DNA from: Octopus sinensis
Taxonomy: Eukaryota
Assembly: GCF_006345805.1 (NCBI RefSeq)
Contig: NC_043001.1
Coordinates: 119,474,001 to 119,538,000, forward strand
DNA length: 64,000 nt
Direction: 5' to 3'
This document shows, piece after piece, positions 26,034-40,546 of the stretch (the stretch's first letter is position 1; each line of letters begins with the position of its first letter). The notes beneath the pieces are model-generated. The model saw nothing but the letters and a program-made list of their open reading frames with translations, did no database searches and was not told the DNA's origin. A program made the translations under genes and the position numbers.

Positions 26034-27628
26034 GGAAAGGGAGGAGAGAGTGCGCGCGCGAGAGAAAGAGAAAGTATGAGTGAATGAGTGAGTGAGGGGA
26101 GAGCTAGCCTCACGTGTCGTGCTACATAGCTATGTCAGTTGATTGAAGTTGATCGAACAAATTGTTGCTTTTGTTTTTACTGCTGCTGCTGCTACTGCTG
26201 CTGCTGCTGCTGCTGCCTTTGGTTTTGTTATTGTTTGTTTGTTGTTGCGTTGCTGTAGTGGTAGTAGTTGTTGTTGTTGTTGGCTGATGCTTCCACGTAG
26301 AGGGGAATCCCGTCGAAGATGCCGTGCTTTCCACTCGACTATACACATCGGCGAAGGGTGGTGGGATATTGCACGGAGATTGCTTAACGAAAGGTAGGGT
26401 ACTCTCACCTCACCATTTTCGTGTTGTTGCTCGTGTTGTTGTTGTTGTTTAACCCCCATGTCAATATTCATCGAACAGACCCATAACCAGACACTTTCTC
26501 TGTCATTTTAGGGGCTCTCACACTTTATTTTATTTAATGTCTCCTTCGCGTTTTAAGATGGTAGGAGGGAATTGAGGACGGCTTCGTTGTTACTATTTCC
26601 AGCAATTTGAGCGATGACTTGCTGGCTCCTTCGTTGGTTCGTCTTCTTATTATGTATCAGATATAATACTTTTTCACTTCTTCATTTTTGATTTGTATAA
26701 ATACCTTATTGTGGTCGACAAAGCTTAAGAATCCCCGTTCGCTGACGGCGGAGTGTGTGATGACGATGGTGTTGATGTTATTGTCCAAGCCCAGACCAAG
26801 CCTAATGGAGCAAACCTGCAACAGAAGGCATTCCAACCAAGACCATCCAGTCTTCTTATCGTGTGTCTCTAGCTACATCTTGCATATCTGATGTAGTTCT
26901 TTCTTTAGTTAGACGATATGGTGTCGTTGAAAGGAATTTTGGCTGCGATTTCTAGTTAATCAAACCACTTCTTAGAATCGCCTCAGTCGTTGGCTCGGGG
27001 CGTAGGGAGTATCTATGCGTCTATTGGTGTGTCATCTTCTCATTTATGCGTGTATTGCAATAATGTGTCAGTTGTGTATTTAATGTATACGTGTATTTGG
27101 GTGCGGCTGTGTATTGTCTACCTGTTGATTATATATTCAATATAGCTTCGTAGATTGCCGTGCAATTTAACATGCACCAACATGCATGCAAACACATATG
27201 TGTGCATATATTTGCATGTGTGTGTGCGCACAAACACATCTATACGTATATCTTTTAAGGGCTTTGTCAGACGAAAAAAAGGACAGTATCTGTGGATATC
27301 AGGGACTTCTAGGTCGGCGAGAAGAAGAAAAAAAAGGTCTATGCTTGAACCGGAGATATGGTTTGAATGGACCGACCAGATTTCAGTGCACCCAGGTTCT
27401 ATGTGCTGGTGTTTAACTGGATGACATATTAAGGATACACACACACACGCACACACATACACACACATGTATATATATGCATATGTGTATGTATAATATA
27501 TATATGTATTTACATATAGTACATATATATAAGTATATATATATATTATATATATAATATGTATATATATATTATATATATATTATATATATATATATAA
27601 TATATATACATATATATATATATAAATA

Positions 27629-27662
<34 letters not shown>

Positions 27663-28106
27663 TATGTATAATATAATAATATATGTATGTAATTATGCGT
27701 ATAATACATGTATGTTAACAAGAATATGATGTACACACATATGTATGTGTCAAGACATGCATTATATATATATATATTATATATAATATATATTATATGT
27801 ATATATATATATATATATCCCACCTATTTGTATGCATCTTTATGTGGCGGGTGGGGTATTCGTTACAGTGCTTTTGTTCTCAGTTCAAATCCTTCCCATG
27901 CTGTCTGGGTCGACTGGGTCGATCAAAAGCTGAGGGTTCAGCGGAAGGTTCAGCGGAAGGCTAGCTGTGTGCTCACAGTTACGCGAGTACCAAACAAAAA
28001 GGAAAAGGAGGACAGGAAGAAAACCTTAGTGAAAGCCTTTGATGGACACCGATGATACCAAGAGATATTTGATTACGAGGCACGGCCATATTATACATAC
28101 ATATGT

Positions 28107-28329
28107 TTTCGGGGAGGTGCTGAAAAGTTCCGGACTTTGGGTTAAAAAATATACAAGGAGGATAACTTGATTATGATTTTATGCAACATATTCTCCTCTC
28201 AGATTCACGCATTTATTGCAGCGGTCCTTCACTTTTTTAAGTCCTGTAAAAAGAACTCAGAAGGTTAGACTTCCAGCCAGGCCTTTCGCGACACCCTTAA
28301 AACCAAGAACTTTTCAACACCCCCACGTA
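28107..28329 (-). mobile_element. Mariner-derived MITE
   Basis: TIR G.GG.GTGCTGAAAAGTTC / GAACTTTTCAACACCCCCACGTA; the interior is the reverse complement of 43952-44168. Confidence 0.8.
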
Positions 28330-28399
28330 TGTGTGTGTGTGGGTGTGGGGGGGGGGGTGTGCATGTATACTTGTTAATCTGTTTACCTGTGTATGTGAT

Positions 28400-28481
<82 letters not shown>

Positions 28482-29313
28482 TGATATCTGATGAGAAAAG
28501 AGAGCGATCTTCCTTTTAACTCAATCGGCCCGACACGTACACAAACGCGCACACACAAACGATAAATGCTTTATAATGCTTTCGCTTTACCTATTAGAAA
28601 TAGCAGTCAAATACCCTTCCACCCCGCGTCCCGAAATATAACTTTATCACCTAAGAAAACCGCTTATTAGATAAGGTTTTAAACAAAAATAGGGGCCTTG
28701 ATGACAACAATACCTCTCGTCTATGTCTGCTCGAACAACATCTGCGACATACATACGTGTTACATTTTATATATGCATGTACGCGTATAGACATACATAT
28801 AAGCACATACACACATACAAGGCTACACAAACGTATATGCTAAGCCCCATCGTAACTGCATGTGTATATATATATATACACACACATATACGCACCTATA
28901 CATACATACACGCACACATGTGTATGTGTGAGTGTGCGTACGCTTTTGTGTTTGTCCCATAGCAGCCCTTAACATTCGACGTTGGAGTAGTTGCTTGTCT
29001 ATAACCTAGAGGTTCAGCAAAGAGATATCGATAAACTAAGTGCCAGACTTGCTTTTCTTTTACAAATAAAAAAAAATAAGAAAAAGAAGCGAATTAGGTC
29101 GATTCGTTCATGTAAGCCCTTCAAGGCAATGCCCCAGCGTGGCCACAGTCAAATGAGTAAAACATATAAAAGGTAAAAGATAAAAACCACATATACACGC
29201 TCACACTCATGTATGTATGTCATTATTCAGTCTATTTCAAGATTTCTTGCCGCTATAGAAAGAACTGGTTTCTAACCTTCATTGGAATTTCAACATCAAC
29301 AACAGGGTATTTT

Positions 29314-30019
29314 TGTATGTATGTATGTATGTATGTATGTATGTATGTATGTATGTATGTATGTATGCATGTATGTATGTATGTATTTATGTATGTATGT
29401 ATGTATGTATGTATGTATGTATGTATGTATGTTATGTATGTATTGTATGATGTATGTATGTATTTATGTATGAATGTATGTATGTATGTAATGTATGTGT
29501 ATGTATGCATGTATGTATGTATGTATTTATGTTTATGTATGTATGTATGTATGTATGTTATGTATGTATGTATGTATTATGTATGTATGTATGTATGTAT
29601 GTATGTATGTAGTGTATGTAAGTATGTATGTATGTTATGTATGTATGTATGTAATGTATGTATGTATGTATGTATGTATGTAAGTATGTATGTATTTATG
29701 TATGTATGTATGTATGTATGTATGTATGTATGTATGTATGTATGTATGTATGTATGTATGTATGTATGTATGTATGTAGTAGTATGTATGTATGTATGTA
29801 TGTATGTATGTATGTATGTATTAGTATGTATTTTGTATGTATGTATGTATGTAAGTATGTATGTATGTATGTATGTAAGTATGTATGTATTTATGTATGT
29901 ATGTATGTATGTATGTAAGTATGTATGTATGTATGTAAGTATGTATGTATTTATGTATGTATGTAAGTATGTATGTATTTATGTATGTATGTATGTATGT
30001 ATGTATGTATGTATGTATG

Positions 30020-30050
<31 letters not shown>

Positions 30051-30219
30051 GTATGTATGTATTTATGTATGTATGTATGTATGTATGTAAGTATGTATGT
30101 ATTTATGAATGTATGTATGTATGGGTGTAAGTATGTATGTATGTATGTATGTAAGTATGTATGTATGTATGTATGTAAGTATGTATGTATGTATGTATGT
30201 ATGTAAGTATGTATGTATT

Positions 30220-30250
<31 letters not shown>

Positions 30251-30328
30251 GTATGTATGTATGTATGTATGTAAGTATGTATGTATTTATGTATGTATGT
30301 TATGTATGTATGTATGTATGTATGTATT

Positions 30329-30359
<31 letters not shown>

Positions 30360-30436
30360 GTATGTATGTATTTATGTATGTATGTATGTATGTATGTATG
30401 TATTTATGTATGTATGTATGTATGTATGTATGTATG
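29314..30436. repeat. ~1.1-kb (TATG)n array with recurring variant units
   Basis: Continuous TATG repeats with repeated GTAAGTATGTATGTATTT interruptions. Confidence 0.95.
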
Positions 30437-30499
30437 TGCAGTTTTGTATGTTTTTATGTATGCATTCTCATGCATACAGTTGCATATCTAGACATGCTC

Positions 30500-30762
30500 A
30501 TATATACTTCAATGATAAACTTCTGGAAAGTTTTACAGATTTTTACAGTTCCAGTGATTGATTGGATCTGTAGTCTTCAAATTAAGTTTCTTTTTCTGGT
30601 TTTGAGAAGCCTAATTTCTCAAGATTGCTATTTAGGTAGTGTGTTACATTTCCCAGGGCCCCAATAATTACAGGTATAAACCTAAACTTGTAATCTGGAT
30701 AGAGTAACAGTAGATTTCTCAATAGCTCAGCATAGGTGTTTTCTTTTTCACTGATCTCCAGG
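30500..30762 (-). mobile_element. 3' fragment of a different REL-endonuclease LINE embedded in (CATA)n
   Basis: KENTYAELLRNL.LLYPDYKFRFIPVIIGALG.V...L..NLEKLGFSK is a REL C-terminus; TATG arrays flank both sides. Confidence 0.75.
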
Positions 30763-32030
30763 TATGTATGTATGTATGTATGTATGTATGTATGTATGTA
30801 TGTATGTATGTATGTACCTATGTATATATGCATGTATGTATACAGACATAGATACATAGTTACATACATTGATGCATGCCCACTACGTACAGACACAATG
30901 CATACATACATACAAACATACATACATACATACATACATACACACATACATACATATTCGTACATTACAAGTGCAATCTGTGAGTGGAACAGTAAAAATA
31001 TGCAAGACTTTTCTCAATTTCTTAATATGAATTTGCCTATGTTAACTACACCCCAAAGATGGACCTTGTATCTTTGTGGGAAACCGGCTCCCTCCTCGAT
31101 GGAGAACTTATAATAATTTTTTTAAAAAGACACATACATATATGCATGTTTGCTTCTGTATTAGTGTTACTATGCGTGCCACGGCACGTGTTTGTAGGTA
31201 CCATTGCGTGTGTATGTACGTTTGTTTCTGGGTATATACATGCACGTAAGTATGTATGTATGCATGTATGTATGTATATGTGGGAATTTTATGAAAAGCG
31301 GACACTGTTTTATATACTTCATAGTTATATACTTATTGGTTCACTAAGCTTGCTTCGGGGGTTTTCATTAAGAGATTCAATATTTGTGGTTACTACTGTA
31401 GAATGTTTCCCGGGGGTATTTTCACGTAGCTATATGGCTGATATTTATTACCAGCACCACTACATTCTTTTTCCCTCAATGCATTGATCACATTTAGTTG
31501 TGCCAAATGAGCAGAATGTGCATCGCTGAGGAGGATTAACAATGAAGAAACATGTGTCTCTATCGCCAGCTCGGTATAAAGCCCAGATCCATTCCAATGT
31601 GCGTTCATAAATTTTGATTAACCAATAATATTGAAGTTATTTTCCTTTCTTGTCACTTTAACATTTTAAATACACTCTAAAAATTGATTTTCTCAACTAA
31701 TTCCTTTGATAATCTCCATTGGTCGATGTTTTACAATTCTCAATATAACATTTGTGAAACCGTACTCTATTTACAAATATTGGAAAACTGTACTACTCTA
31801 GCATATCACTTGCTTTACACCACCCCTACACTTTCGTGGGACAGTATTTCACAGAGAAGAAATGTAACCCAGGACCCCAAGGGGTCCTGTATGGATTGTG
31901 AAAGGAGAGCACAAAATTTCCTTTTTAATCCAAATTAAGATGGCTTTAAAGTTTGAAATTTGTCCATTCCCTTACCAAAGAAAGAAGAAAAATATACGAA
32001 TGCACATTTTCATTAATGAAGGCAGAAAAT

Positions 32031-32213
32031 GCGGCGAGCTGGCCAGCTCGCTAGAGAAACGGAAAAAAAACACTTAGCGGTATTTCTTCCGGTTCTTTGC
32101 ATTCTGAGTCCAAAGGCTGTCGAAGTTAACTTTGCCTTTCACCCCTCGGGAGTCGAGAAAATAAGTACCAGCCAAATACTGGTCCCTGCTCCCCTTAAGA
32201 CTGCTGGCCGCCT
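32031..32213 (+). mobile_element. SINE family B, degenerate. Further copies at 39026-39265, 48473-48672 and a 5' end at 63958-64000
   Basis: GCGGCGAGCTGG..CTTAGCGGTATTTC..TTCTGAGT..TTTGCCTTTCA.CC.TCGGG.GTCGA.AAATAAGTACCAG. Confidence 0.68.
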
Positions 32214-33297
32214 AAATTAAAAGATATTAATAAAGACGATGAAGAATAAATAGATAAACGAATGAATATATAAATAAAATTGATAATATTTCGGTGGTGG
32301 GATATAAAGCTGGCGTTTGTCAGTTTGTGAACCCTTGTTAGAGGGTCATTTATTTCAGACACCGAACTTTCATCTAGCTTCCTTGTTTGGTACTATTCTT
32401 GTAATAAATCTCGCTTCAGTCCTGATTGTTGCTCCATGTCAGCAGTGATTAAACGGACCAATGATCGATGGCGTTTTAGTTACGACAATTCTTTCTTCCA
32501 TTCAGGCTACACGAAGTAAAAATTAAAATACCACAGAATGTGATGTGAGGGATATTTGGCTGATGTCTCGAGCCCTTACATGGTCCATTGCTAGCTTATT
32601 GATCACTTTGTTGCTATTGGTGCCGTAGTTGTTGTTATTGTTGTAGAGATGTTGGGGCTGTTCTGTTGCTAATCGGCCTACCAACACCTTTTCTTCGCCC
32701 GGTTACCTGTTGCTGTTGTTGATTTTTATTCTGTTTTGTTTTTTTTTGTTGTTGTGGGTGGTGATATCGGTGGTAGTGGTGGTGGTGTTGGTGATCGTGT
32801 CATTTCTATTTTTCTATTGTTTTCCGTTATATTTGTTTGTGTTGCTGTTGTTGCTGCTCCAGCTATTACTACTACTACTGTTGTTACTGTTGCGGATGAT
32901 GATTCCGACGACGACAATCAGGCTTCTGTTCCGACCGTATTTCTCGGTTTTTGCTGCTGTTGATCTTTTTAAAAACTATCATTTCTAGAAACAATTTATC
33001 TTGTGTGTCCTTCTTCTTTTAAGGAAGTAAAGATTTCACTGCTATGAGCAGCAGATCAAGCGTCGGTTTTTCTTTTATATATATATCTACCGTCTCTTTT
33101 TTATCTCCTCTTGTTTGGTGTTGATTAGACCCAGGTCACTTCTAACAGAGCAGATCTAAGAACAAAGCTATTCTAGCCTTGAGTAGTCTCTATCTCGTGT
33201 GTCTGTGTATGTGTGTGTGTATGTATATGTATATATGTATACACACAGCACACACACACACACACAGACAGACAGACAGACAGACAGACAGCCAGCC

Positions 33298-33398
<101 letters not shown>

Positions 33399-33769
33399 TA
33401 TCAAAGACTACATTTATTTTTAACCCAAGGCTGTAGTACGTGGTTTGAGGGAAATTTGACTGTTATTTCTAGCTGGTAAAACAACCACATAAAGGTTCCA
33501 TTGTTGATGGTTGTGGTTAACGGTTCTACTGTTTTTACTATTAACAGCCTTGGATGCAAAATCAACAATGGTGGGGTTTGTACGTGGTCGTTCCACCTGC
33601 AAGAAATAACTGCCAAACCTCCGGTAAATCCTGCCTTAAAGAAAAGAAAAAAAAAGAAAGAAAAGGAAGAGGAAATTAACGCACTGGGCAATAGATGGGG
33701 TGCTCGTGTTTGGAACGTCTTTTGGAATGTAAATAGATCCACTTTATTTGAGCTAAGCCAGGGTTAAGC

Positions 33770-33812
33770 AATAATTACAACAACAACACCAACAACTACA
33801 ACAACAACTACA

Positions 33813-33862
<50 letters not shown>

Positions 33863-34735
33863 CAGTGTAGTGGGAACTGCTGATGTTGCTGCTGCTGCTG
33901 CTGTCCTTCTTGATACTGTTGCTACTGTTCCAGCCCAGGTCAGCTCTGATCGAGCAGGCCTTACATTTAAAGACGTTCCCACCGTGACATCTTGTCATTA
34001 CACATATATATATATTACTTGACAGTATTATATCATTAGAAAGACAACTGGCTGCTATTTCTATCACCGTTAAACGAAGTCCTGCTTTTGCTGGTTACTG
34101 TTGCTAATACTGCCGTTGCTACAATTGCTGCTGTTGCTACTGTCCATGTTTCTGTTGCTATTTGCTGCCGTCTCTGCTGCCGCTGTTCTTTTTCTCTTGT
34201 GTGTTGCTAATGTGATAATGATGATAGTGGTGGTGGTGGTGGCGACGGGGGAGGCGGCGGCGGCGGTGGTTGTGGTGGTTGTGGTGGTGGTGGTGATGGT
34301 GGTGGTGGTGATGGTGGTGGTGGCGGCGGCGGTGGTGGTTGTGGTGGTTGTGGTGGTGGTGGTGGTGGCGGTTGTTGTTTGCAAGTGTAGCGTTTGTTTG
34401 TCAGAGGTAGGTAGTGCTGTTGTTGTTGCTGTTGTTGTTCTTGGCGGTGATGATGATGATGATGGTGGTGATGATGACGATGATGATGATGATGACGATG
34501 ATGACGATGACGATGATGATGATGATGACGATGATGACGATGATGATGATGACGACGATGATGATGATGACAATGAACCTCACCACCACCACCACCACCA
34601 TCTCCACCACACGACGACAACTGTCACATCTACCACAATTCCAACGTTAATGTGAATGGTAATACGGGGCGGCGTCGGTGGTGGTGGTGGTGGTGGAGAT
34701 GACGATGATGATGATGACGGTGACAACGACTACTA
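33770..34735. repeat. Cluster of trinucleotide microsatellites (AAC/ACT/GCT/GGT/GAT/CAC). Similar clusters at 10195-10535, 11020-11200, 11780-12210, 52122-52360, 61810-62300 and 63737-63957
   Basis: Direct reading; these clusters generate the homopolymeric ORFs in the track. Confidence 0.92.
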
Positions 34736-34915
34736 AGACGACGAGAAAATGACAGTGAGTCACCCGGTGGAAGCTGATGACAATTTTGCTGCTTAGTCTC
34801 TTGTTATGCCAGCCTGAGTAGGCCTATGGTTAAGGAGGGCATTCCGGTCTTCACCATTCCGTCTTGTACATTAGGAACTATACTGTCCAGTGCCACTATT
34901 CTTTCTCTGCTTCTC

Positions 34916-34971
<56 letters not shown>

Positions 34972-34972
<1 letters not shown>

Positions 34973-35080
34973 TTTTTTTTTCTTCTTTCAAATTTGCTTC
35001 CATTTCTTACCGAGTGTCTTCCAGACTCCTAGGGCAAAGAAACTCATAGTATACATTGGTAGGCCATTAAACCAAACTCA
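34972..35080 (-). mobile_element. ~110-bp 3'-UTR-only copy of the R4/Dong family at 48796-52121, inside (TTA)n
   Basis: Reverse complement aligns to about 52012-52121 with few mismatches; (ATT)n on both sides. Confidence 0.88.
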
Positions 35081-35109
35081 ATATATTATTATTAATATTA
35101 TTATTATTA

Positions 35110-35160
<51 letters not shown>

Positions 35161-35477
35161 CATTATTTTAAAGAATGTAAGGTGAGAGCTTAGCGAGATT
35201 CGGCTCCTGTTTCTAGCAACTATATCAACCACGTAATGGGTCACTGGTTGACGGAATTGCATATGGTGGTAATGGGGATGGTGGTGATGCTGGGTATGAT
35301 GAAGGTAATGATGATGATGATGATGACAGTATTAACAGTAAGATCCTCCTTCTCCTTCCCTTCCCTTTCTCATCATCATCTTTTCTTTTCATCCATCCAT
35401 CAATCCATACAAACCGTTATTACCATTATTTACCATAGTTCAGTAGTGCTAAGCTGATACATAAAAATATATAAGTA

Positions 35478-35577
<100 letters not shown>

Positions 35578-36700
35578 GTTCAAAAAGCTGCAAACAAAAA
35601 TGTAATACGTTCGATCCTGAAGTTGGAAATGTTACAGTTTTCATTGTAATTTAAGTGTTAAAGGAGTACGGTAGGGAAATGAGTTTAGCTATGACACATC
35701 GGGGTATTGTTGCTCTTGTGTTAATCGGCCCCCAAATATTAAAATAAAGTTAAATACTATTGGCACACCTGATGTGTGTGTATTAGCGCGTGTGTGTGCG
35801 TGCGTGTGTGTATGTGTGTATGTGTGTGTGTGTGTGTGTGTGTGTTTGAGCATAAAAGTGAGACAGCATGGAAAACATTTAACGGAGAAGGACGAATGAA
35901 CAAGGAAAATCTCCCATCTGCTGTAGGATCCATAATGAACGTAGTTTTAGTTCCTTTAAAAAATTATACAACACGTCGGAGACTACCAGTGAGTGGAAAC
36001 ATCTCTCAGGGGCAGGGCAGTACCAAAAATGCCTGTAAACATATAACACAGAAGACAACAAGATTCGAATGAGATGAATAATTTCAGACAAAAGCAGAAT
36101 AATATAGAAAAATTTTAAAAACGATAGCCTATCGATAGAGAACAAAAAGGATGCTCACGCAAATGGAAGAAAGACGATTGCTTGCGTTGGTATACAAACT
36201 GAGAGAAAGTGATTTTAAAGCATTTGCATATGTTCTAATATTTCTTATTGTGAATGAGACAACGATCACTATAAGAAAGTAGGAAAAGACATGATGAGAT
36301 ATTATAGGTGAGGGTGTATGAGCGTGTGAGCATGCGCGAGTCTGTACTTATATGTTTCTGTGCATCTAAATTGTCAAGATCTATCAGGCTGAGTGAGCAA
36401 CTGTAAAAATGTTCCCAAATTAACCCTGATGTACTGAACTTATATCATGAAAGACATTTTTGACATGACCACCTATTTATTTCTCGCAGATTACACCTAG
36501 GACCACATTCAATACATCTTTTACTTTTTAAGTGGTAATAAAGTGACGAGGAAAGATTCACTGTTATTACTTACAAATCGAGTGTTTATGTTGAGGCTTC
36601 TAGATTGGCCCAAACGGTAAAAGCTTTGTCTTTATCAGATAGTGGTTCTAGACAAGGTGTTGTAGGTCAATCCTTCTGCAGTTCAAAAAGTTAATTCAAA

Positions 36701-36877
36701 TTTTATTTCATTACTGCCCACAAGGGGCTAGACACAGAGGGGACAAACAAGGACAGACAACCGATTAAGTCGATTATATCGACCCCAGTGCGTAACTGGT
36801 ACTTATTTAATCGTCCCCGAAAGGATGAAAGGCAAATTCGACCTCGGCGGAATTTAAACTCAGAACGTAAAGACAGG
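36701..36877 (-). mobile_element. SINE family B (head missing)
   Basis: Reverse complement gives CTGAGTTTAAATTCCGCCGAGGTCGAATTTGCCTTTCATCCTTTCGGGG.CGATTAAATAAGTACCAG. Confidence 0.78.
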
Positions 36878-37782
36878 TTAATTCAAATCTAATTTGGCTA
36901 CTTTACTGCGTGCGACAAAACTTCCGTTAGTCGTAGGTTCTCGATAACGGCTTTTACCAATTCCTTGGATTACATTAGTTATGCGAAGAAGGGAGATTAA
37001 CATACGTGCACAACTGCAAAAGAATCTTGTCTACTTCTCTGAGTATTGGAGGAAAATTTCTAGGTGCAGATCCGTAATCTCATGTCACATACGGGGTCCC
37101 CCGATGAGTTGTGTATGTATGTATGTATGTATGTATGTATGTATGTATGTATGTATGTATGTATGTATGTATGTATGTGTGTATGTATGCATGCATGCAT
37201 GCATGTATGTATGTATGTATGTATGCATGTATGTATGTATGGATGTATGTATGCATGCATATCATATATGAATATCTGTGTATATATGCATATACATGTG
37301 CATATGTGTTTTAATATGTATGTGTATGTGTGTATGTGCTAATAACTTTGCATGCGTATGTGTAATAAAAGCCACAAGTAGTGGTGAAACTCCATATGCT
37401 ATCGGTTAATGTACAAATATGCAAATGTGTAAGACTGGTGCTTGTTGTTCATTACATTTTCAGACCTAATTCCATGCTACTTTCTCTTTCTGCAAGAGAA
37501 ACACGAGTAGATAGACTTGATAAACTGATTGTCGTCAGTGGAAACTAGTCAAAGCGTTCTTGAGTTCGTCGTTCTAAGAGAATCTCATGGTTTGTCCAGA
37601 TCTTTTTTTAAACGGCGAGGATAACTGTATGTTTATTTAACGTATATTGCAGTTTATCGATACAAATAATACAGTACTTCAGTTATATATATATATATAA
37701 TGAAGGGTGAAATTAATTAATTTGGAATAATTATCAATTACACCAAGTAGTCTTCGGCATGTAAAAGCCTCATTCGAGGAAA

Positions 37783-38222
37783 ATTTAAGTAATACTAAGC
37801 AATAAAGGGTTTAGCAACGAATTGCCTTACCACATACCGAATTTAGAAATAGCAGTCAAAGAGTTATAGCTATTTCTTCTACTAAAAAGGGAGATCTCAG
37901 TAAAAACAGCAATTGGAAGGCAGACACAAACAGGTAAGAGAGAATGAATTGACGGCAATCTATCATACAATTTTAAGTTATCTACGGACGCACGTTTCGA
38001 AATCAAGTTTTTTAGGAAAGCATAAGAATTAAATATTAAATAATTTTACCTTACCAAAACTTCTTTTCTCTTCAGCGTAGAATACTATAATCATAAATGA
38101 TTATATATTGAATTTTGAGATAGTAGAAGAAATAGCTATAACTCTTTGACTGCTATTTCTAAATTCGGTATGTGGTAAGGCAATTCGTTGCTAAACCCTT
38201 TATTGCTTAGTATTACTTAAAT
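37783..38222. repeat. Perfect 102-bp inverted repeat (37783-37884 / 38121-38222) enclosing a hammerhead
   Basis: Base-by-base comparison shows the two arms are exact reverse complements; the spacer is 236 bp. Confidence 0.93.
37981..38081 (-). ncRNA. Type I hammerhead ribozyme (intact core), predicted cleavage GUC| between 37987 and 37986
   Basis: Minus strand reads UCUACG-CUGAAGA-GAAA[70-nt stem II domain]UUUC-GAAA-CGUGC-GUC-CGUAGA. Stem I UCUACG/CGUAGA is 6 bp. Stem II is closed by GAAA/UUUC plus AAGUUUU/AAAACUU. Stem III ACG-UG-CGU is near-palindromic. Confidence 0.85.
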
Positions 38223-38396
38223 ATATATATATATATAAGTGTGCGTGGGCATATGTTTATGTATGTGTATGTTTATGTATGTATGTGTGTACGTTTGTAT
38301 ATTGTGTCAATAACATATTTGTAAATTCTGTAAATAGTTAATTCAAATAAAACTTTAAAGTATTGACTTAGGAGATTACAGAAAAATAGGCACGCG

Positions 38397-38435
<39 letters not shown>

Positions 38436-39627
38436 TCGCATATTCAGACAAACACAAAGGGATATACACTCTCACATGCTCACACAAATGTATACATTCT
38501 AAGACACCCCACCACCACACCACCACCACCACCACCACCACCACCACACACACACACACAAATGCAAAATTTACAAAAAATGTCACTTAAAGAATTAACT
38601 GAAAAGGACAGAAATTTTTCGACAAATCACGCAAACCACCTTTTGAAAAACGACTGGCATCGGGCTGACGTCTTTTATACCTTTTCTTGAGGTCTTAAAT
38701 CAGATTAGAAAACCAAAGTGGGTCGCAGATTCAGCTTGGCATTGACTTGTAAAGAGACTATTCTCTGCACCGTGACGTTATCTGCATCACGCTGTTAATT
38801 TAAACAGAAAAAAAAGTCTGCTGTTATTTCTAAACTTGAACTTTGATGTTTTATTTTATGACTTTGGTAAGTCGTCTTTTCGCAGTGTTATGTCTCTAAC
38901 AAACAGTAAACATCAAATAAAATGAAGCCAATAACAAATAATAAGTAAATGGACTTCAGTCGCCTCTAACGATGACTATTTTAGTTCTTTGATCAACAGA
39001 ACTACATTATAGTGTAAGAGCAAATGTGGCGAGCTGCAGGGTCGTTAGAGCGTCGGGAAATGCTTTGGGGTATCTGATTCGGTTCTTTACATTCTGAGAG
39101 CAAATGCCGACGTTGGGGCCGACCGTAGGGATTCGCTGGAGTGAAATTTACCTTTCATCTTTTCAGAATCGATTAAATAAAATACCAATTGAGTACTGGA
39201 AGCAGTAGCATTGACTAATTCCTTCCCCCTCAAAATTGCAATTCTTGTTGCAATATAAGAAACCATTATAATGTAAGAGCCTGGGAATTCTATACATGTA
39301 GACACAAAATATTATACTAAGGCAGTATCACCGTGAAACAGAGGGTGGCAAGACTGGTTATTTGCATTACAGCTTCAGGTTATATCTGTTTCTTTATAGA
39401 TTCTAACCACCCAGGTTTTTTTCACGATGCCTCTGATCTAATACTGCGGTAGCAAACACTTGCCTAAGATGTCATTCTGTAAGCTCACTCAATGAAACCA
39501 TAACTATATGGATTTCCTAAGCACAACCATGTCTGCATCCTATAAAATATGCATACACATACGTGTGTATATATTTGCTTTGTTTGCTTGTTTGCTTGTA
39601 CGTATGTACACACATACATACACACAT

Positions 39628-39665
<38 letters not shown>

Positions 39666-40483
39666 TTATTTATATCTATCTATCTATATATCTATCTGTA
39701 TGTGTCTGTGTTATGTATGTGTCTGTGTGAGTAATAGCTGTGTGTATATGTTGTGTATATTGCTTATGATAAATATAATCTTCTTTGATATATTTTCAAT
39801 AAATCAACAATAAGTCATCAAAATATACCGTTGCGTACTTCAAGTTTTCCTATCAATACTTTCAAGCAAATTTCAATTATTCAATTCAGTTTTTAAATAT
39901 GCCTTATTACTAACATATAATTATTAGACCTTTTACTTTAAAGTCTCCTTTTGAACTGGAAGCATTCACTTTCGAGAATAAACAACCTGAACATTTTTTT
40001 TTAATGCAGTCTTTCGACATTAATCACACATCACCCTAAGCATATTAAATTACCATGTTTATATGTAAATGTATTTATCGATTTAATTCTTCTTGACTGC
40101 TACCCATAACCACGTAGGATTTAGTGGGTGGAGAGTTTGTTATCTATGTGTGTGTGTGTGTGTGTGGCTTAGTTGTTAGAGTGCTCCTATCATGGTTGTA
40201 ATATTATGGTTTCGATTCCTGGACCGGGTGATGCGTTGGGTTCTTGAGCAAAACGCTTCATTTTCCGTTACTCCAGTCCACTCACCTGACACAAATGAGT
40301 AATCCTGCGACGGACCGGCGTCCCATCCGGTGTATATATTCCACCGAATCCGGGAAAGCGGTTTATGAGTCTATGGGTCGGGAATGTCCATTGATCCCTT
40401 TGATATAATAATATAAGTGTGTATATCCAGCCATTTCTCTATGTAATTGTACGTGTGTGTGTGTGTGTATGCGTATAAATCTA

Positions 40484-40544
<61 letters not shown>

Positions 40545-40546
<2 letters not shown>

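Noticed and set aside
26300-26393. Possible exon (TAG|..AAG|GTAGGG). Also considered 10070-10170 (-) and 18560-18640 (-)
   Set aside because: Weak polypyrimidine tract, no recognisable peptide, and embedded between triplet repeats.
29314-30436. CRISPR-like repeat-spacer interpretation of tandem arrays (also 44460-44990)
   Set aside because: No unique spacers, eukaryotic context, no cas genes.
31520-31562. CTGAGGA...GAAACATGTGTC hammerhead-like string
   Set aside because: Stems I and II do not pair, and the region translates on the minus strand as a degraded LINE endonuclease remnant (MNAHW.., PGKHS.VV); probably coincidental.
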